DNA of 64,000 nt from Ramazzottius varieornatus. Taxonomy: Eukaryota; Animalia; Tardigrada. Below the pieces are notes generated by a model. The model did not search any database and was not told the origin of the DNA. It saw only the letters and a program-made list of their open reading frames with translations. Position numbers and translations under genes: made by a program. Position 1 is the first letter of the stretch. Every line of letters begins with the position of its first letter. Location: the NCBI GenBank assembly GCA_001949185.1, contig BDGG01000003.1, positions 2,897,158 to 2,961,157 on the forward strand, read 5' to 3'. This document shows, piece by piece, positions 1-13,620 of this stretch.

Positions 1-574
1 TCTCGTCACTGTCATCCGAATACTGCTGTGATGTACCGGACTGTGGTTCTGAGGACCAAACAGGCTATGAACCAAAGTTTTGCGGGGAACCCAGTTCTTT
101 CCAGTCATCGGCGCCAAAGACCGAGGACAATTTTGCGATTAGCGTGCCCACCTGGGTTCCTGTCTTCTTGGGCTATCTGCTGTAATCAAACACACCCACA
201 ATTGAAAAATTTACCAGAAGCATATGATCACCTAACGGTCTTGCTCCTCCGTACAGGTGTGCGGTCCTCGCCTGCACCGCTGTTTTCGGATTTTTCCGCG
301 AGATGAAGCTGTTTGGCAATGGAGTACCTTCCACAACGTACATTCCTCCTCTGTGTTCCAGGCTGCCGTTGAAGGCCCCACTGTCCAACGAAACGGTGCA
401 AATAATGCGGTCTCTGGAAGCTTTAGAGAACCTAGTGCAAAGGATATGCCACCAGGTAAGGGAGCTCGTCAGAATAACAGATTTTACTACTGGTATTAGC
501 GCAGTCTGCGCTAGATTCATCCTTTGCTATTTGTGTAGGTTCACGATCTGAAGAACTCGCGGGCGGCATGTTGA
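1..574 (+). CDS. 3' end of an uncharacterised single-pass membrane protein (partial)
   Basis: Exons <1-181, 257-455 and 539-574 join in frame across GT-AG introns. The product reads ...VPTWVPVFLGYLLCAVLACTAVFGFFREMK...RICHQVHDLKNSRAAC*, with one hydrophobic segment. Confidence 0.55.
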
Positions 575-738
575 TAAGATCATGACTTCTTGACATCGGT
601 GCACAATGTTTGACACGGAAAGCGCAAAGCATCTGACTACTGACTAGAAAAAGATTGACAAAATTTGACAAAAATTGAATTACGGTAATCTTCGAGTGAA
701 AAGTTCAAACGAATACATTCTGGTCAGACAGCACCACT

Positions 739-1588
739 TCACGATGCTGTCGTTAGGAGGCCAATCACAAACGATTCTATTTTACTCCTGGCTTCCTCTT
801 TGTGCACCGTCACGCCATGGTTGTCGTTCTCGAACAGAACTAGTTGTTTGGGTTGCCCAGCAAGACTGTACAGCTGCTCACTACACCGAGGTGGAAGACA
901 CGCATCCGCTTTCCCGTGAATGAATAAGCAAGCCTTCCCTAAACAAGAAGACCGGAACAGTACAAGAACAAGAAGACAGTACAGTATAAGAACTGCTGAA
1001 GAACTTACTGTGGTCCCTCAAGTCTTATATAATTGTAAATCTCACCTTGACCAGCAAGCTTCCCAACGTCATTGGTCCCTGCCGTCTGTGAAGCTATCGT
1101 CGCGATCCCTTTGACAACGGGGTGTGCGGCTGCTGCACTGATCACCACAGCTCCGCCAAACGACCATCCCACGAGGACGGCTCGCTCAACGTTATACTCT
1201 TTCCTCAGCATGTTCAAGGTGTTAATGGTATCTTCCACACAGGGTTTGAGTTCTCCAGGGTATCTATAACCCGTCTGGACTGCAATTAAGTTTGGATAGG
1301 CGGATATGGCTTCGCTGAGCTCTGGATACATCCCAGCTATAAAAAAGAGACACCGTAGTATGATATATAAATATTGTGGCGAGTTACTTCCGGTGAGAAA
1401 ATGCCGACTCTCAAGCAGAGGTATCAACATTGTGGAGTTGATATACCTGGGCCGGTGAATCCTCCTCCTGCTCCTGCAACCATAAGGATAGCTCCTCTTG
1501 GGTACGTCGGAGCTGGTGCGTCTGGATTCTTCAGGTTCACAGGTAGCCGTATCCGCATCTGAGGCATTTCACTGCCATGGTTTGCCAT
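739..1588 (-). CDS. Alpha/beta hydrolase (microbial-type serine hydrolase), 3 exons
   Basis: Exons 1588-1447, 1336-1046 and 938-739 splice in frame. Motifs: GAGGGFTGPAG loop, nucleophile elbow VLVGWSFGG, HGKADACL (Asp) and DNHGV (His). Confidence 0.85.
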
Positions 1589-2166
1589 TTTGCTCTGTCC
1601 AAACAGTTGACCAGGGATGCTCCAAAGACACCGATACGAGCGATAGCTGAGATGCGCCGTCCCTCCGATCGTTCTACCTCACTTCTGAAAGAAAACAACC
1701 GTTCAAGTCGACTGCCAAGCTAACCGAAACCGATGATGATCGTTTGTATCAGGCCGGTAACGCGACAACTACGGGGAAAAATAGCGAGAGTAATTAAAAC
1801 GACAACAAAGCGATAACGTATGCGAAATTGCGACGTTTATTCGCCCGAATAAATCTACCCGTGCCCTGGAGCAAAGGGGAGCTTTTCGAGGGAGACGACT
1901 GCCGACTGTTTCGCCAGAGTAATACTCTGGTTTCGCTTTCTGGCAGTTGATCGAGAACTGCGTTAATTTTGACTAGTCCGATTCTGAAGCTTTCTCAACA
2001 AGTTTGTTTAGTTCATGCTGCCTTTTCATCTTTGCTGCTCCTCGTTTCCACCAGGACTAAGTCGAAACACTTCAGCTATCGACAGTAACGAGGGCTATCT
2101 TCTCGGTAAGTCTTCGAAGGGAGCCCTGCTTCTTCGGAGTACACCGCCCGGAGTTCCGGTTTCGTC

Positions 2167-5100
2167 ATGGCTGCCAGAAGAGGAATAGTCATCATCGTAA
2201 GTACTGTAGTACTCCTCCGTCGCTTTTTGCCAGTTTGTGAGTTCAACGAAGCGAGTGGATACTGTAGCCTGTTACGTTATATATTGTAGGAAGAGGAGGA
2301 GATCCCCTATGAGGAGGAATGCGCCAAGAGTCCGTACTCGATACGAGCATGGCAGCGGAATATCGAATACAGACGGAAGACGGGCAATTTCAACAAATTA
2401 GTCGGTGTCTATGAACGCGCTGTGGAAACATTACCTGGAAGGTATGCTAGCTATCCATCATGATCCTCCAGACTAGCTGACCATAATGAGCTGTTTGCTA
2501 CAGTTATAAATTATGGTACAACTACCTGAGGTTCCGGAAGAAGCAAGTGCGAGGCAAATGTCCGACGGATCCATCGTTCGTCCAGATCAACAATATCTTC
2601 GAGAGAGCTCTTGTCTTCATGCACAAAGTATGTACATAGACATATCTTCTAACCTCAGCATATTTGCGACGGAGGAATGTTTTCAGATGCCGAGGATATG
2701 GGTGGAATACTGCGAGTTTCTAGTTGGACAGGGGAAGCTGACACGAACAAGACGAGTGTTCGATCGAGCTTTGAGATCACTTCCAGTCACCCAGCATAAC
2801 CGTATCTGGCCTATCTACCTCAAGTTCCTGAAGAAATACAACATACCGGAAACGGCCGTTCGCGTTTTCGACAGATATTTGAAGGTAGATAGTTATCGAA
2901 GCTGTAAAAAAAACAAAATTTAACTTGGATGGATTAGTTGCCAAAACCTGCGTACCTCTGTTTCCAGCCAGATTGAAGTGTTTTGTATGTAGGTTTGTGA
3001 CCTCCTAATCAGCAGCGTTGTGTTTTGCAGTTCGCTCCGGAAAATGTCGAAGACTACATTCGCTACCTTCGCAGTATCGACAAGCTGGATGAATGTGCGA
3101 ACCAGATCGTGACAAGAGTCATCAACAACGACAAGTTCCAGTCCAAGGAAGGAAAAAGCAAAGCCCAGTACTGGAATGACCTGTGTGATCTGATTTCCAC
3201 CAACCCGAAATCCATCAAGAGCCTCAACGTCGACGCCATCATCCGCGATGGTATAGGACGGTTTCCTGAACAGCGTGGTCGATTGTGGAATGCTCTCGCT
3301 GACTACTACATCCGAAGTGGGCAGTTCGAACGAGCGAGGGACATCTACGAGGAAGCTATCGATACCGTGACGGCTGTTCGGGACTTCACACAAATTTTTG
3401 ATGCATACGCGCAGTTTGAAGAGACGACGCTCTCAGCCAAGTTGGAAAGCATACAACAGAACGAAATGGCTTCCGAAGAGGATGAGATGGACATCGAAGT
3501 GAGGATGGCGAGGTTGGAGCAGCTGATCGAAAGGAGACCTTTACTCGTCAACAGGTAATCAGTTTTCGTTGGATAGTTGGGAAGGTCCTATTTCTCACTC
3601 TTTGCTTTCCGCAGTGTATTGCTTCGGCAAAATCCTCACAATGTGGGTGAGTGGCATAAGCGAGTGGAGCTGAATGTGGACAAGCCAACGGAAGTCATCA
3701 ACACCTACCTGCAAGCAGTCCAGACGATCGACCCGAAGAAGACATCGGGTGGGCGCTTCTCTTCCATCTGGATTGCTTTCGCCCATTTCTACGACCGACA
3801 CGGCCAGCTGAGTGATGTAGGACTGTGAAACTGGGACCTTCTTCACGTATGGTAGCTGTTGGGTCTGGCTTTCTCTTAATGCTTGTTTGAACTGCTGCAG
3901 GCAAGGATCGTTATGGAAAAAGCTCTGAAAGTGCCTTTTGACAAAGTAGAGGAACTGTCTGACGTGTGGTGTGCCTATGCCGAACTGGAGCTGAAGCATG
4001 AGTAAGCTTTCAGATCCCGTCAGTATAACTAGGTTTTTTCGTTAGCTAAAATGAACTAAGCATTGCTCTCGTCTTTAGTCAGCCTCAGAAAGCCATTGAG
4101 CTCCTGAAGAGAGCGACTGCTCCTCCTTCCAAGCAAGTGGCTTACTTCGATGAGAAAGAAAGCACACAGAATCGTATGTATCGCTCGTTGAAGATATGGT
4201 CGCTGTACGCCGACCTCGAAGAAAGCTTCGGCACGTACGAGACCACGAAGGCTGTGTACGACCGTATCATCGACCTCCGAATAGCGACTCCGCAGATCAT
4301 TATGAACTACGGTGTTTTCCTGGAAGAAAAAACCCACTTCGAGGAAGCTTTCAAGGTAGGAAAATTTTCCATTCGTGTTTGGGAGCTCGGCAAACGGACC
4401 TCAACGATTGACCTTTTCAGGTGGCGCACGATTCCAGCTGTATTGGCTGAAAGAGTGCGCCACTTGAGAAAACGATCATGCCAAGTTTGTTTGCCCAGGT
4501 GCCGTTTGGTAATAACTCAAACACGAACAAATCGGAAATGTGTGTTACGTTACAGGCATACGAGAAAGGTGTGTCGCTGTTCAGATGGCCGAACGTCTAC
4601 GACATCTGGAACACGTACCTGACCAAATTCATCAAACGGTACGGTGGAAAGAAACTTGAACGTTCCCGAGATCTATTCGAGCAGTGTCTCCAAGACTGTC
4701 CGGCCAAGTTTGCCAAGCATTTCTACCTGATGTACGCATCGCTGGAAGAAGAGCATGGTCTGGCTAGGCATGTCATGAAGGTGTACGAACGAGGATGTAG
4801 TGCTGTTTTGAAAGAAGAACAGCACGAGATGTTCAATGTCTACATCAAGAAGGCGGCGGAACTGTACGGCATCACTTCTACAAGAGACATTTACGAGAAG
4901 GCCATCGAGATTCTGTCTGATGACCAAGCGCGCGAAATGTGCATTCGGTTTGCTGACTTGGAGAGGAAGTTGGGGGAGATCGATCGTGCTAGGGCGATCT
5001 ATGCGCATTGCGCCCAGATGTGTGATCCTCGAGTATGTGATTCCGAGCACTAAGCTTTTGTAGTCAAGTTCTGCTTGTTGTGTCATGCGGGTAGACCTCT

Positions 5101-5954
5101 CCGATCTCAATCAACGCAACAGAGCCATCTGATTTTTCCTGTTTCTGCTTGCTCTAATACGGTGATTTCATCCAGATCGTTATCTCAACTGGCGCACGTT
5201 TTCATTGTTGTTAGTAGAGAGCGTGCGCCACTTGGGAGAACGAGTTGTGTGAACACGTATTCAGACGGCCCAAGGATGGAGTTTGTCGTCAACTAACTTG
5301 TTGTTTGTTCTGTAGATCGCGCCACATTTCTGGGAGATATGGAAGGACTTCGAAGTGCGACACGGTAATGAGGATACCGTCAGGGAAATGCTTCGCATCA
5401 AACGATCCGTGCAAGCTACCTTCAACACGCAAGTCAACTTCATGGCAGCTCAGATGATGGCTGCTGTTGCGAAAAGCACTCAAGGTAAGAAACGTCAGGA
5501 AACTTCACCCGCGACGTCTTGAATGTAATTTTATGTTCGTCGTAGAAAATCAACCTGGAGACAGTATGAAACAGCTGGAGGCGCAGGCCGTGCCGGCTGG
5601 TACTGTTGCAGCGGCGTCCGCCGTCATATCGAAGCCACCACAGAAGGCCGTGTCGTTCGTCCGAAGTGACGAGGTTGTCCAGCCTAACAATCTGGTCACG
5701 GCATCCAACCCAGAAGAGATTCAGTTGGACGACGACGACGATGAAGATGGGGAAGAAGGGGATGAACAAGATCAAGCAGCGAAAAGTACGTTTATATCCC
5801 TATATGCTAAAGTCTTTTGTCCCTGAAATGATTGATGATTGGCCATGCAAATCTTTCCTGTGTTTCAGGAGTCTTCATCGAGAAGCAGAATGTACCCAGC
5901 AAAGTTTTTGGAACGCTGGCACCGAAAGACGCAAAGGATGACGAGGACGATTAG
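2167..5954 (+). CDS. XAB2: Pre-mRNA splicing factor SYF1/XAB2 (HAT repeats), multi-exon
   Basis: Conserved segments: [19 protein letters not shown]...[73 protein letters not shown]. Confidence 0.97.
4383..4503. repeat. Palindromic repeat family copy (XAB2 intron)
   Basis: GCTCGGCAAAC..GTGGCGCACG..TATTGGCTG..GTGCGCCACTTG..GTTTGTTTGCC. Confidence 0.85.
5165..5255. repeat. Palindromic repeat family copy (XAB2 intron)
   Basis: TGGCGCACG..CGTGCGCCACTTGGG. Confidence 0.8.
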
Positions 5955-6102
5955 CAGCGTTGCGGGTGCGCAGCCTGGGTATCCCATAAATCATCTTGTT
6001 CAGCTAACGACCTGTTTGAAACGTTTATTCTGACGGTACGTAAGCGAAATCACAGACCGTCACTCAGTTTTGGTCCGAGACATCTTACGAGAAAATGGCT
6101 TC

Positions 6103-9100
6103 TCAATAACCTAACGACAATGATACTTTACGTATAGAATTCATTTTGGCTTGTGACGAACATTTGTAGATTTCGCTAAAGTCGGGCAAGTTTATGAGTG
6201 GAATGTTCACTCGCAGCCGCAATGGATATCTTGTCGAAGCTGCATTGTATTTTGAATCGTCCGTGTCCGAATTGGATGCTTTGTTTTCACACCAGCCCTA
6301 CAAAGACAAAATAATAGCTTTGCTGATAGGAATTTCCGGCAGAAAGAAATAGAGTGCCGACCTGTGCGAACGAAAGCAGCAGTTGCATGTTCGGTGTAAA
6401 TTCTTCCAGCCTTGGTAGAGCCGGCTCCCTTGTGCCTCCATGCTTCGTCCGATAGGCCTGTTGGAATATTGAAAAGGGTACCGGCCTAGGCGAAAAAAGG
6501 CTGAGGGAAGACTCTTACAGATAAAACACACTGAAGCGCCAGGCTGTCCGCGATGACGTCACCGGCCCCTACTTGTCCGTTGAAAACACCGTCGGGGCCA
6601 GGAAACCCGCGATACTGGCTTCGGAGCGCGTTCACCAATGTGAAGTATGACGCATTGACATTGGGAGACCACCAACTTTGAGGTCCATTCCCCGAAGCGT
6701 TGTAGAGTGCACCTGCAAAAAAAGAAACCGGCATCGTTCAGATCACGATCAGGCATTTTTCCATAGTTAACTTTACCTGTCTCGTCGAAGGTTTTCGTCA
6801 ACTGATGAGCGTAAATGTATCCAATACCGGCATAGTTGAGGTAATCGAGTGCGGTGGGGTCGTACAATGGTGGTTGTAGTAATCCCAGGGACAATCCTGG
6901 TTTACAGCCGTTTTACTCATGTTGAAACTGGCGTAAAGTACGGACGAATACATACCGATCAAATTTTGATCGTAATAGTAATACGCATTGGCATCAACGG
7001 GGATCGGGTCATCGTCAATGGTCCGACCGTTCGGCTGGCCCAGTTTCCGAAGTTGACGGAAGAGAGCAAAGCGAATCAGGTTCCGCACGTTATCGTAGTG
7101 ACTTTCCGTTGGGACGATCTGCAACGCAAACAATGAATGGTAGTTCGACGTCTGCCAGTCATTTCTTTTCGGTTAATTACTTCACTGTAACGCGTGTCAA
7201 GCTGGCCAGCGTCTGTCAGAATGAAGTCTGGATACCCGAAGAAATCGCCGACGTTGCTGATTTTTTCGGCGGCTATCGATTTAGCTCGTTGGTCCATCCA
7301 CGAAGCTCTTTCACTGACGTAACGTATTGCTGAGCTCCGAACAGCAGAAGCTATTTCGACAAGCTAAAAGCAGAAGTAAAACCAATGATCGGAACAAATT
7401 AACAACCAAATTTTTTTGTCGACTGGCAAGGAGCTCATTACAACCTTTGATTTTGAAGACAACGGAAAATAGCGGCTTGCATACAAGTAGGCAACGGCAT
7501 TCGGCATGGCCGAGTTGACCAAGTCAAGGCAGTCCTCCCAGTTTCTCCCTCCTATGCTGTCGAACGCCGCCCCTGATGCAGTGGAGAACTGCCCAAGAGC
7601 ATCCCGATAAACCTGTGGCAGAAGGGGAAGTTGCGAAAAGACTATGTTCCACCCGATGTAGTTCCCTAGGATGCGCTTCCCATCGTCTCCTTGTCGCTCG
7701 ACTGAAGCTAGCTGCTCGCCTAAGGACCTATAAAGCACCGGGTTGTCCACCGAGATGACGGAGTTGGTATCTATGGATGATTGGAGCTGCACCGCACTCA
7801 GAACGTTGCGGAAAAGATTCAGCAGTTCTCGACCAAGCCGGTACGTGGATAAGTACTGTCCAACAAAGGCGGAAATGGACAAGACGCTCCTCGAGTTTGG
7901 AGTCTGGCGTGATGAGAGTATGGTCTCGGCAATGTTGGTTTCGAAGTCGACGAAGTCTCGAATATCGAGTAATCGACCTGACGAAGGACTTCCGGCAAGA
8001 AGGTTCGCGACATTTCCGATCAGGCTACGGTATGCTTGGCGGACTGTGGCTGCTTCGTCCGTGGTGTATAGTCCGGGGGATGGAAGACCCAACACTGCAG
8101 TGCCCAGGTTGACTATGTTTTGGCTTCTGTTGGACGGATTTTCCGCGACAGACCAGCGGAATACCGAGTCGAAACCTAAGCGTTTGGCGGCAGCGAGTGA
8201 ACGGTACAGGTCGAACGTTGACGGGTTCCAGTTGGGAGTGATCAAAGGCCAGCCGCCGACAACTTCGCTAAGGATGGATTTTAGGGATGCCACGTTCTCG
8301 TTCGAACTCGACGTGTCTGAAATAGAAGGATTAGGGGCAGGCGTCGGCCGTTATTTGCAACATGCAATAAGGAACTTTCGTGTGATCGCCCACAGTTTTA
8401 TTATGCTGAAGCAACTGGTCGAGCGCTTACTTGGTTTCAGGCAGGCCAAGTATACTGCCCTCACTTTGGACGCAGCCGTGGACGCGGAAGTAGAGTTACC
8501 TTCCAAAAGTTCTGCGGGAGAGATCAAGCTGAAATTAATAATTAAAGAGTGACATCATACAGTCAGTTCTTCTAATGTTTTGGCCCATGATCGATCGCAA
8601 GTCGCATCTCAGACTAAAGTTCGGAGTTACCTCGGGTCCGTAGCATCGTTTGATTGGACAAAAACTCAGTAATACTCTGGAAACCATCCACGGCGACTGA
8701 GCTCGTCGACGCCCCGAAGTTCCCACAGGCAAATTCATAAAAGTCATCACATGGATCGATATCCGTTTTTATTTTGGCAATTGACAAATTCGCTGTGAAA
8801 AGATGCCAATATATTGAACGACGTGTTCCAGCAGGATTTTGAGTCGCGTTGACTTGACTTGCATACCAAAATTGACGCAAGCTTCCGTGCGGCAAACGTT
8901 ATTTCCAGAAGCGAAGTCCGGAAAGCGGGATTCATTCAAGAACCCAGGCGGACGTGTTGTAGTGCCAAATCTCTCAAAGACGTCACCAACATCACCGAAC
9001 GCTTCATCGACTGAGTTGATATTCCGAGTGATTTTGTCAGGTCCTAAAAAGAACACTGCCAACAAACTATTGGGGTTTCTGTCCCCTCTTGAAATAGCCT

Positions 9101-9197
9101 ATGGTTCCGCCTCTCAATGGCTGCACTTACCAAGCGCCTCGAACAATGCCAGCAGTATGGCCAGGAACTTATCAAACACGGAACCAAAACTCGCCAT
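6103..9197 (-). CDS. Neprilysin/M13-family peptidase-like protein, probably catalytically inactive
   Basis: N-terminal hydrophobic anchor, CRTEAC, IDPCDDFYEFACG, GGWPLI, ANAYY, LQPPLY, LNYAGIG. The HExxH position reads HQLTK. Confidence 0.88.
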
Positions 9198-10298
9198 TAT
9201 TTGAAACTATGTCGCCCAATGATGCGGACAGGCTTGCGAGCTCTTTTAGGCAAATCCAAGGCAGCCCAGTGGAGTTGAGGTTTTGCTGCGAGGAGAATAT
9301 CAAAGCCAAAATCTACGGTCAGAGCCGGGCGTTCCATCAGTATATCTTGTCCATTTCATGTCTGTGTCGTTTCATATCCTTCACGATCGGATGGCATCCC
9401 GGTTGCGGTAAACAGTGTCAGAACCTACGGTAGCCGATAGCTGTGGTAATATATTGACTTTCATGCATCCCCAAACAACATTTAGAAGAGTTGGCAATTT
9501 CGGAAGAAAGGTCTTTGTAGTAATGGTGCAAAACGAGAGTGGCCCTCGCGGGCTCACGATGAATCAGAAAAGCCACCTGAAAAGGAGCCGGAAAAGTAAA
9601 TAAGGTCGACATAAAGACTCGTGTTTACCATAACACTTATGGTCAGAGGACGAACAATAGTGACAGCAACATAACAGCGGTTAGAGCTTAGAACCTTCTT
9701 TGACGTACCACACGTTCAGTCCTTTGTTATGAGAAGACCCGTAAGTGAAACGTCAACGATCCACAGACAAATAAAGCAACAAGCAAACTCGGGGGTTTAG
9801 AGTGCGATTAAACCGAAAAGTGGCCTCGACACAGATTAAACGTGAAAAGAACAGCGCCTGAAAGAACCTACACCAACAACAATACTGTGAGGGAAAATGT
9901 CAAAGTCTCCAGTCGTAGGTTCGTTCAGAGACAGGTTCGCCACTACACAGTGACCTATGTCAAGGTTTAACCAGAAACTTCACTCCGTGCTCTCTGGCTC
10001 AACTTTCCATCCAGGCAGAAATACGTCCATTTGAACTACCAACTGCCTGACCGCCGCCACCACGAACTCTGTGGTTAATGCAAAGTACAGGGAAGTACCA
10101 GCCCAAAAGCTTGTCCAACGAGTGCGGAACCCATCACACCGGCCATCAGATTTCGTGATGTTACATTGACGATAATTGTGAAGACATTTCAGCCCCGAGT
10201 ATCATACTTAGAGGATAAAACAAGAAACAAAAAATAAAACGACAAAATACGCTATAACCTTCAACAGGAAGAAGCAGTAACTTCGCCAAATGCAAATC

Positions 10299-13144
10299 TC
10301 ATGCGATGAAAGTCAGACGGTCCTTCTCTTGAATGTAATAATCGTGAAAGTACATTAAGACGGCTAATGGCTGGCCAATAATCAGCGATACCCACACTGC
10401 CGTATTTCCCAGTCGGCCTTTGAGGAACTTCCGCACGAAAAGAGCCACAGGTAGTTGCGAGACCATGCCGAGGAAAGCCCACACACGGAAAAGCTTCAGC
10501 GGAATGCTAACGATGTACTACAGCAAAACTGAGATCAATATTCAAGTTCGTCGAATCGAACAAAGAGATCAGTCAAGTATAGGTAAGCTGGAAGCTCGTA
10601 AAACATTCGAAAAGCAAAATTTTCCAAAGTGGCGCATGTTTTCAGCGTTACTAGCTGAAAGCGTGCGCCACTTGGAAAAAAATCTTGTCGAATTTGGTGT
10701 CCAACCTCCCACCTAAAGAATTAGGTTATACCTCGTGGAAGAAAGCTGACATGCAGAAGACCAAGCAGGCAGCTTGCCACCGCTTCCACCCGTTGTCAAC
10801 AAGAGGGGCGAACATGTGCCTGACGGGAAAGAAGCGATCGTTAAACAGCAAATCACTGTGTTGAAAACACACGGGAAAGGAAACGGAGAAGCTCATAGCT
10901 CGGTCATAAGGGTAAAGGTTCATAACTTTCTTACCTGACAGCCCACCGATGGACAGGCATGTTCCATTTACGCCAGAACTCGTCCACAGTCTCGGCGTTC
11001 CACCAATCCCGGTAGAACTCTCGATCGGCAAAGCGCATCAGTTCAGCCATCAAGTTGGGCATGGAATGGAAGTAAAGGTAAAAACCGATAAGCCATACAC
11101 AATGGTTCGGAATCTGTGAAAGCAGAAAGCTGGGAATCCGATCGAAAATCTCATTAAGAAACTATTTTTGTCAAAAAGCGGTATGAAATGGGACGTCGGC
11201 AAATAATTTGACCATGATCGTTTTCTCAACACATTTCCCGCCAATAGCAATAAGAACATGCGCCACTTGGGAATAATGGTCATGCTTGATTCGTACGGTA
11301 TTTGCCGGTTTCCCAATTTTCCGAATAACATCGTATCAATCGGAAACATTTGTACAAAATTATTGGCTATCGCAGTACACATACTAACCGCTAGCTTCAG
11401 CAACCTTTCTGTCAGCCTCGACCAGTCAGCCTCTCGGAGAGGCCCCACCGAGTTGTTGATGATGGGCAACATCCACTGCTGGACCAAGGCAATTTCCAGC
11501 TGAGTGAGGAGTAACTGCAAGTAGACAGGAAATATTACTGGAAACAAAACGTGAGGAAAATATCGGCATAATATATCTCACGAACAATTTCAGCGACGCG
11601 TTTTAGAACGAATATCTTCCGTATTCTTTCCGTTCTGGGGTAGTTGAGTTCGTAGCACAGAGTGGGTGCAAAGTAGAAGTAGTACATGTTGCCCAGTGTG
11701 AGGTTGTCGGGGTAAGCTACCATCCCAGGCTTGATATCTGCAAAGACCAACCACACAAGTCAGCATGTGCATTCAAAACGGGAACGTGAATCGTCCGTCA
11801 GCTTGACGCACTGTGCTTTTCGTCATCCTTGATTTCGGGATGCTTAAACTGCTTTCGGGAGATCTTTCCATTCTTTTCCAGCCGATACCATCGATTGACC
11901 ATCACGTAGGAAGTCAGCTTCAGGAAGACCATTGTGTACATAATCATCGTCGCAAAAGCAGCCACTAAGAAAGACGAAACCAGTCAACAAATTTAATACC
12001 ATAAATATTCGTATATCCAATCCGATTTGAATATCGCGCTGTTTCTAATCCCTAATCCAATCTAAAATCTAATAGCGTCGCGTTTTTGCGGACGACTTTC
12101 GGCTTACCCAAATACGAAGGAAGAAACCAGACGGCCAAGGCGGGGAAAACGAGGACGGCGCTCAAGTTGACTATCTGCAGAGTCATTCCAACCTTCTCCG
12201 AGACTTCTTTCTACGACACATAAATATGTTGAAAACTCAGTATCGCTTTCCAGACGAGTACATGCGAACAAATCAGACACTGAATGGTGAGCGTGGAATA
12301 TCTTACCTTGTGAAGCATCTGCTCGGTCTTGAGAGCGACGAGGACAAAAACGTTGGAAGCGACGCAAACGGTGAGGAGCGGCCATCGATGTGGATCCCGA
12401 AGGATAACAGTCACCCATTGCTTGTGGTCCACCAAGACACCGTACCTGAAAAAAGCTCCGAAGATACCCGAAACTGATAGTCTGTTATTAAGACTATGCC
12501 AAAGTCGCACGCCAAACTTCTTCAGCGAAATGCGCTCCGTGTTTCTCCATACTTGATGATATTTTCCAGCAGGAGCCTTGCATTTGAAAGTACCTGGAAA
12601 CCGAAAATACGATCCCACTCAATAGAAAATTGTACCGTTATAAAGTAGAAACTTGGAGGAAATCGGTAAGGTCGTCTAATTGGTCCTGCTGGTGCCACAC
12701 TATCAAATCTTACCAAAAGCAGAACAGCGAGGTTGAGGAAGCCCGAATAGTCGTGATATCCACTGGCAGAGCTCAACAGGGAACTCCTGGCTTTGTGAAT
12801 CCTGCAGACAGCACACAACGCACTTGAGCACCCATAAGCGAATTCAATCTGATATCGCACTTCCGGTCGCTTGACTTGCTTCCAAAAGCGCTGCTGTTCG
12901 TACAGCGTCGTCCATTAACAATCTACCATGAACCCAGATTGTCTACGAGCGGAATAGAAAGAAGTACTTACTGGACATCGAAGATACGGTCAGCACCGGA
13001 CTTGTGGAGTTCGGAAGCTGAGCTTCCCGAACGATGGAGTTGATTACCATCAGACGTCTCATCGCGATCAGCTGATTCGCCGTCAAGCTTTCCTTTCCGG
13101 TCCTGCTTCTCCCGCATTGGCTTAACTGGAGTCCTGGAAGTCAT
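10299..13144 (-). CDS. DGAT1: Diacylglycerol O-acyltransferase 1 (MBOAT), multi-exon; start approximate
   Basis: [38 protein letters not shown]...[48 protein letters not shown]...YFHDYY. Confidence 0.95.
10590..10700. repeat. Palindromic repeat family copy (DGAT1 intron)
   Basis: AAGTGGCGCATG..CGTGCGCCACTTGG..TCTTGTCGA. Confidence 0.85.
11190..11315. repeat. Palindromic repeat family copy, left core deleted (DGAT1 intron)
   Basis: GGGACGTCGGCAAATA..GCCAATA..TGCGCCACTTGGG..TATTTGCCG. Confidence 0.75.
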
Positions 13145-13620
13145 TCTGCAGACACGGCGCAAACGAGTCTCAGAATCGTTCTGGTACACAGAGGGAAGAC
13201 ATGGCACTTACCTCGGACTGAGCCTAATGGGGAAGACCGGATGAGAGCTAGCATTGAGAAGACAGTCCCCAGTCGGACGTTTAAGGAGTAGATTCTCCCT
13301 GTCGCAAGACCAACCCTAGGGTCTAAGAGCAAGATTCAGGCTTTAGAAGACTCCAGCCGTGCGAAACACCGTAGCTGATTCACGGCTAGCAGAATCATGA
13401 TTGTAGGCAGGAACGAAAGCGAAGAGAATCAGTCATTTTCTTATTCCGAAAACCAAGGTCATATTATATTTTTTTAAGCCTAGGGTCAAGCTCAGACCTC
13501 CAAGGGCCTGCACCCGAAGACTGCCGAAGTTATGGACTGCGCCGGGGGAGTAACCTAATTCCCGCTCGTGCGCCCTTCTGCAGTGCTTCCGCTGTTGAAA
13601 CTTTTGTCAGCTTTTTGTCA

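Noticed and set aside
7743-8552. Long 269-aa plus-strand ORF, and similar ORFs such as 21003-21776 and 47574-48107
   Set aside because: These are antisense shadows of real exons (neprilysin-like, LRRK, NDPK).
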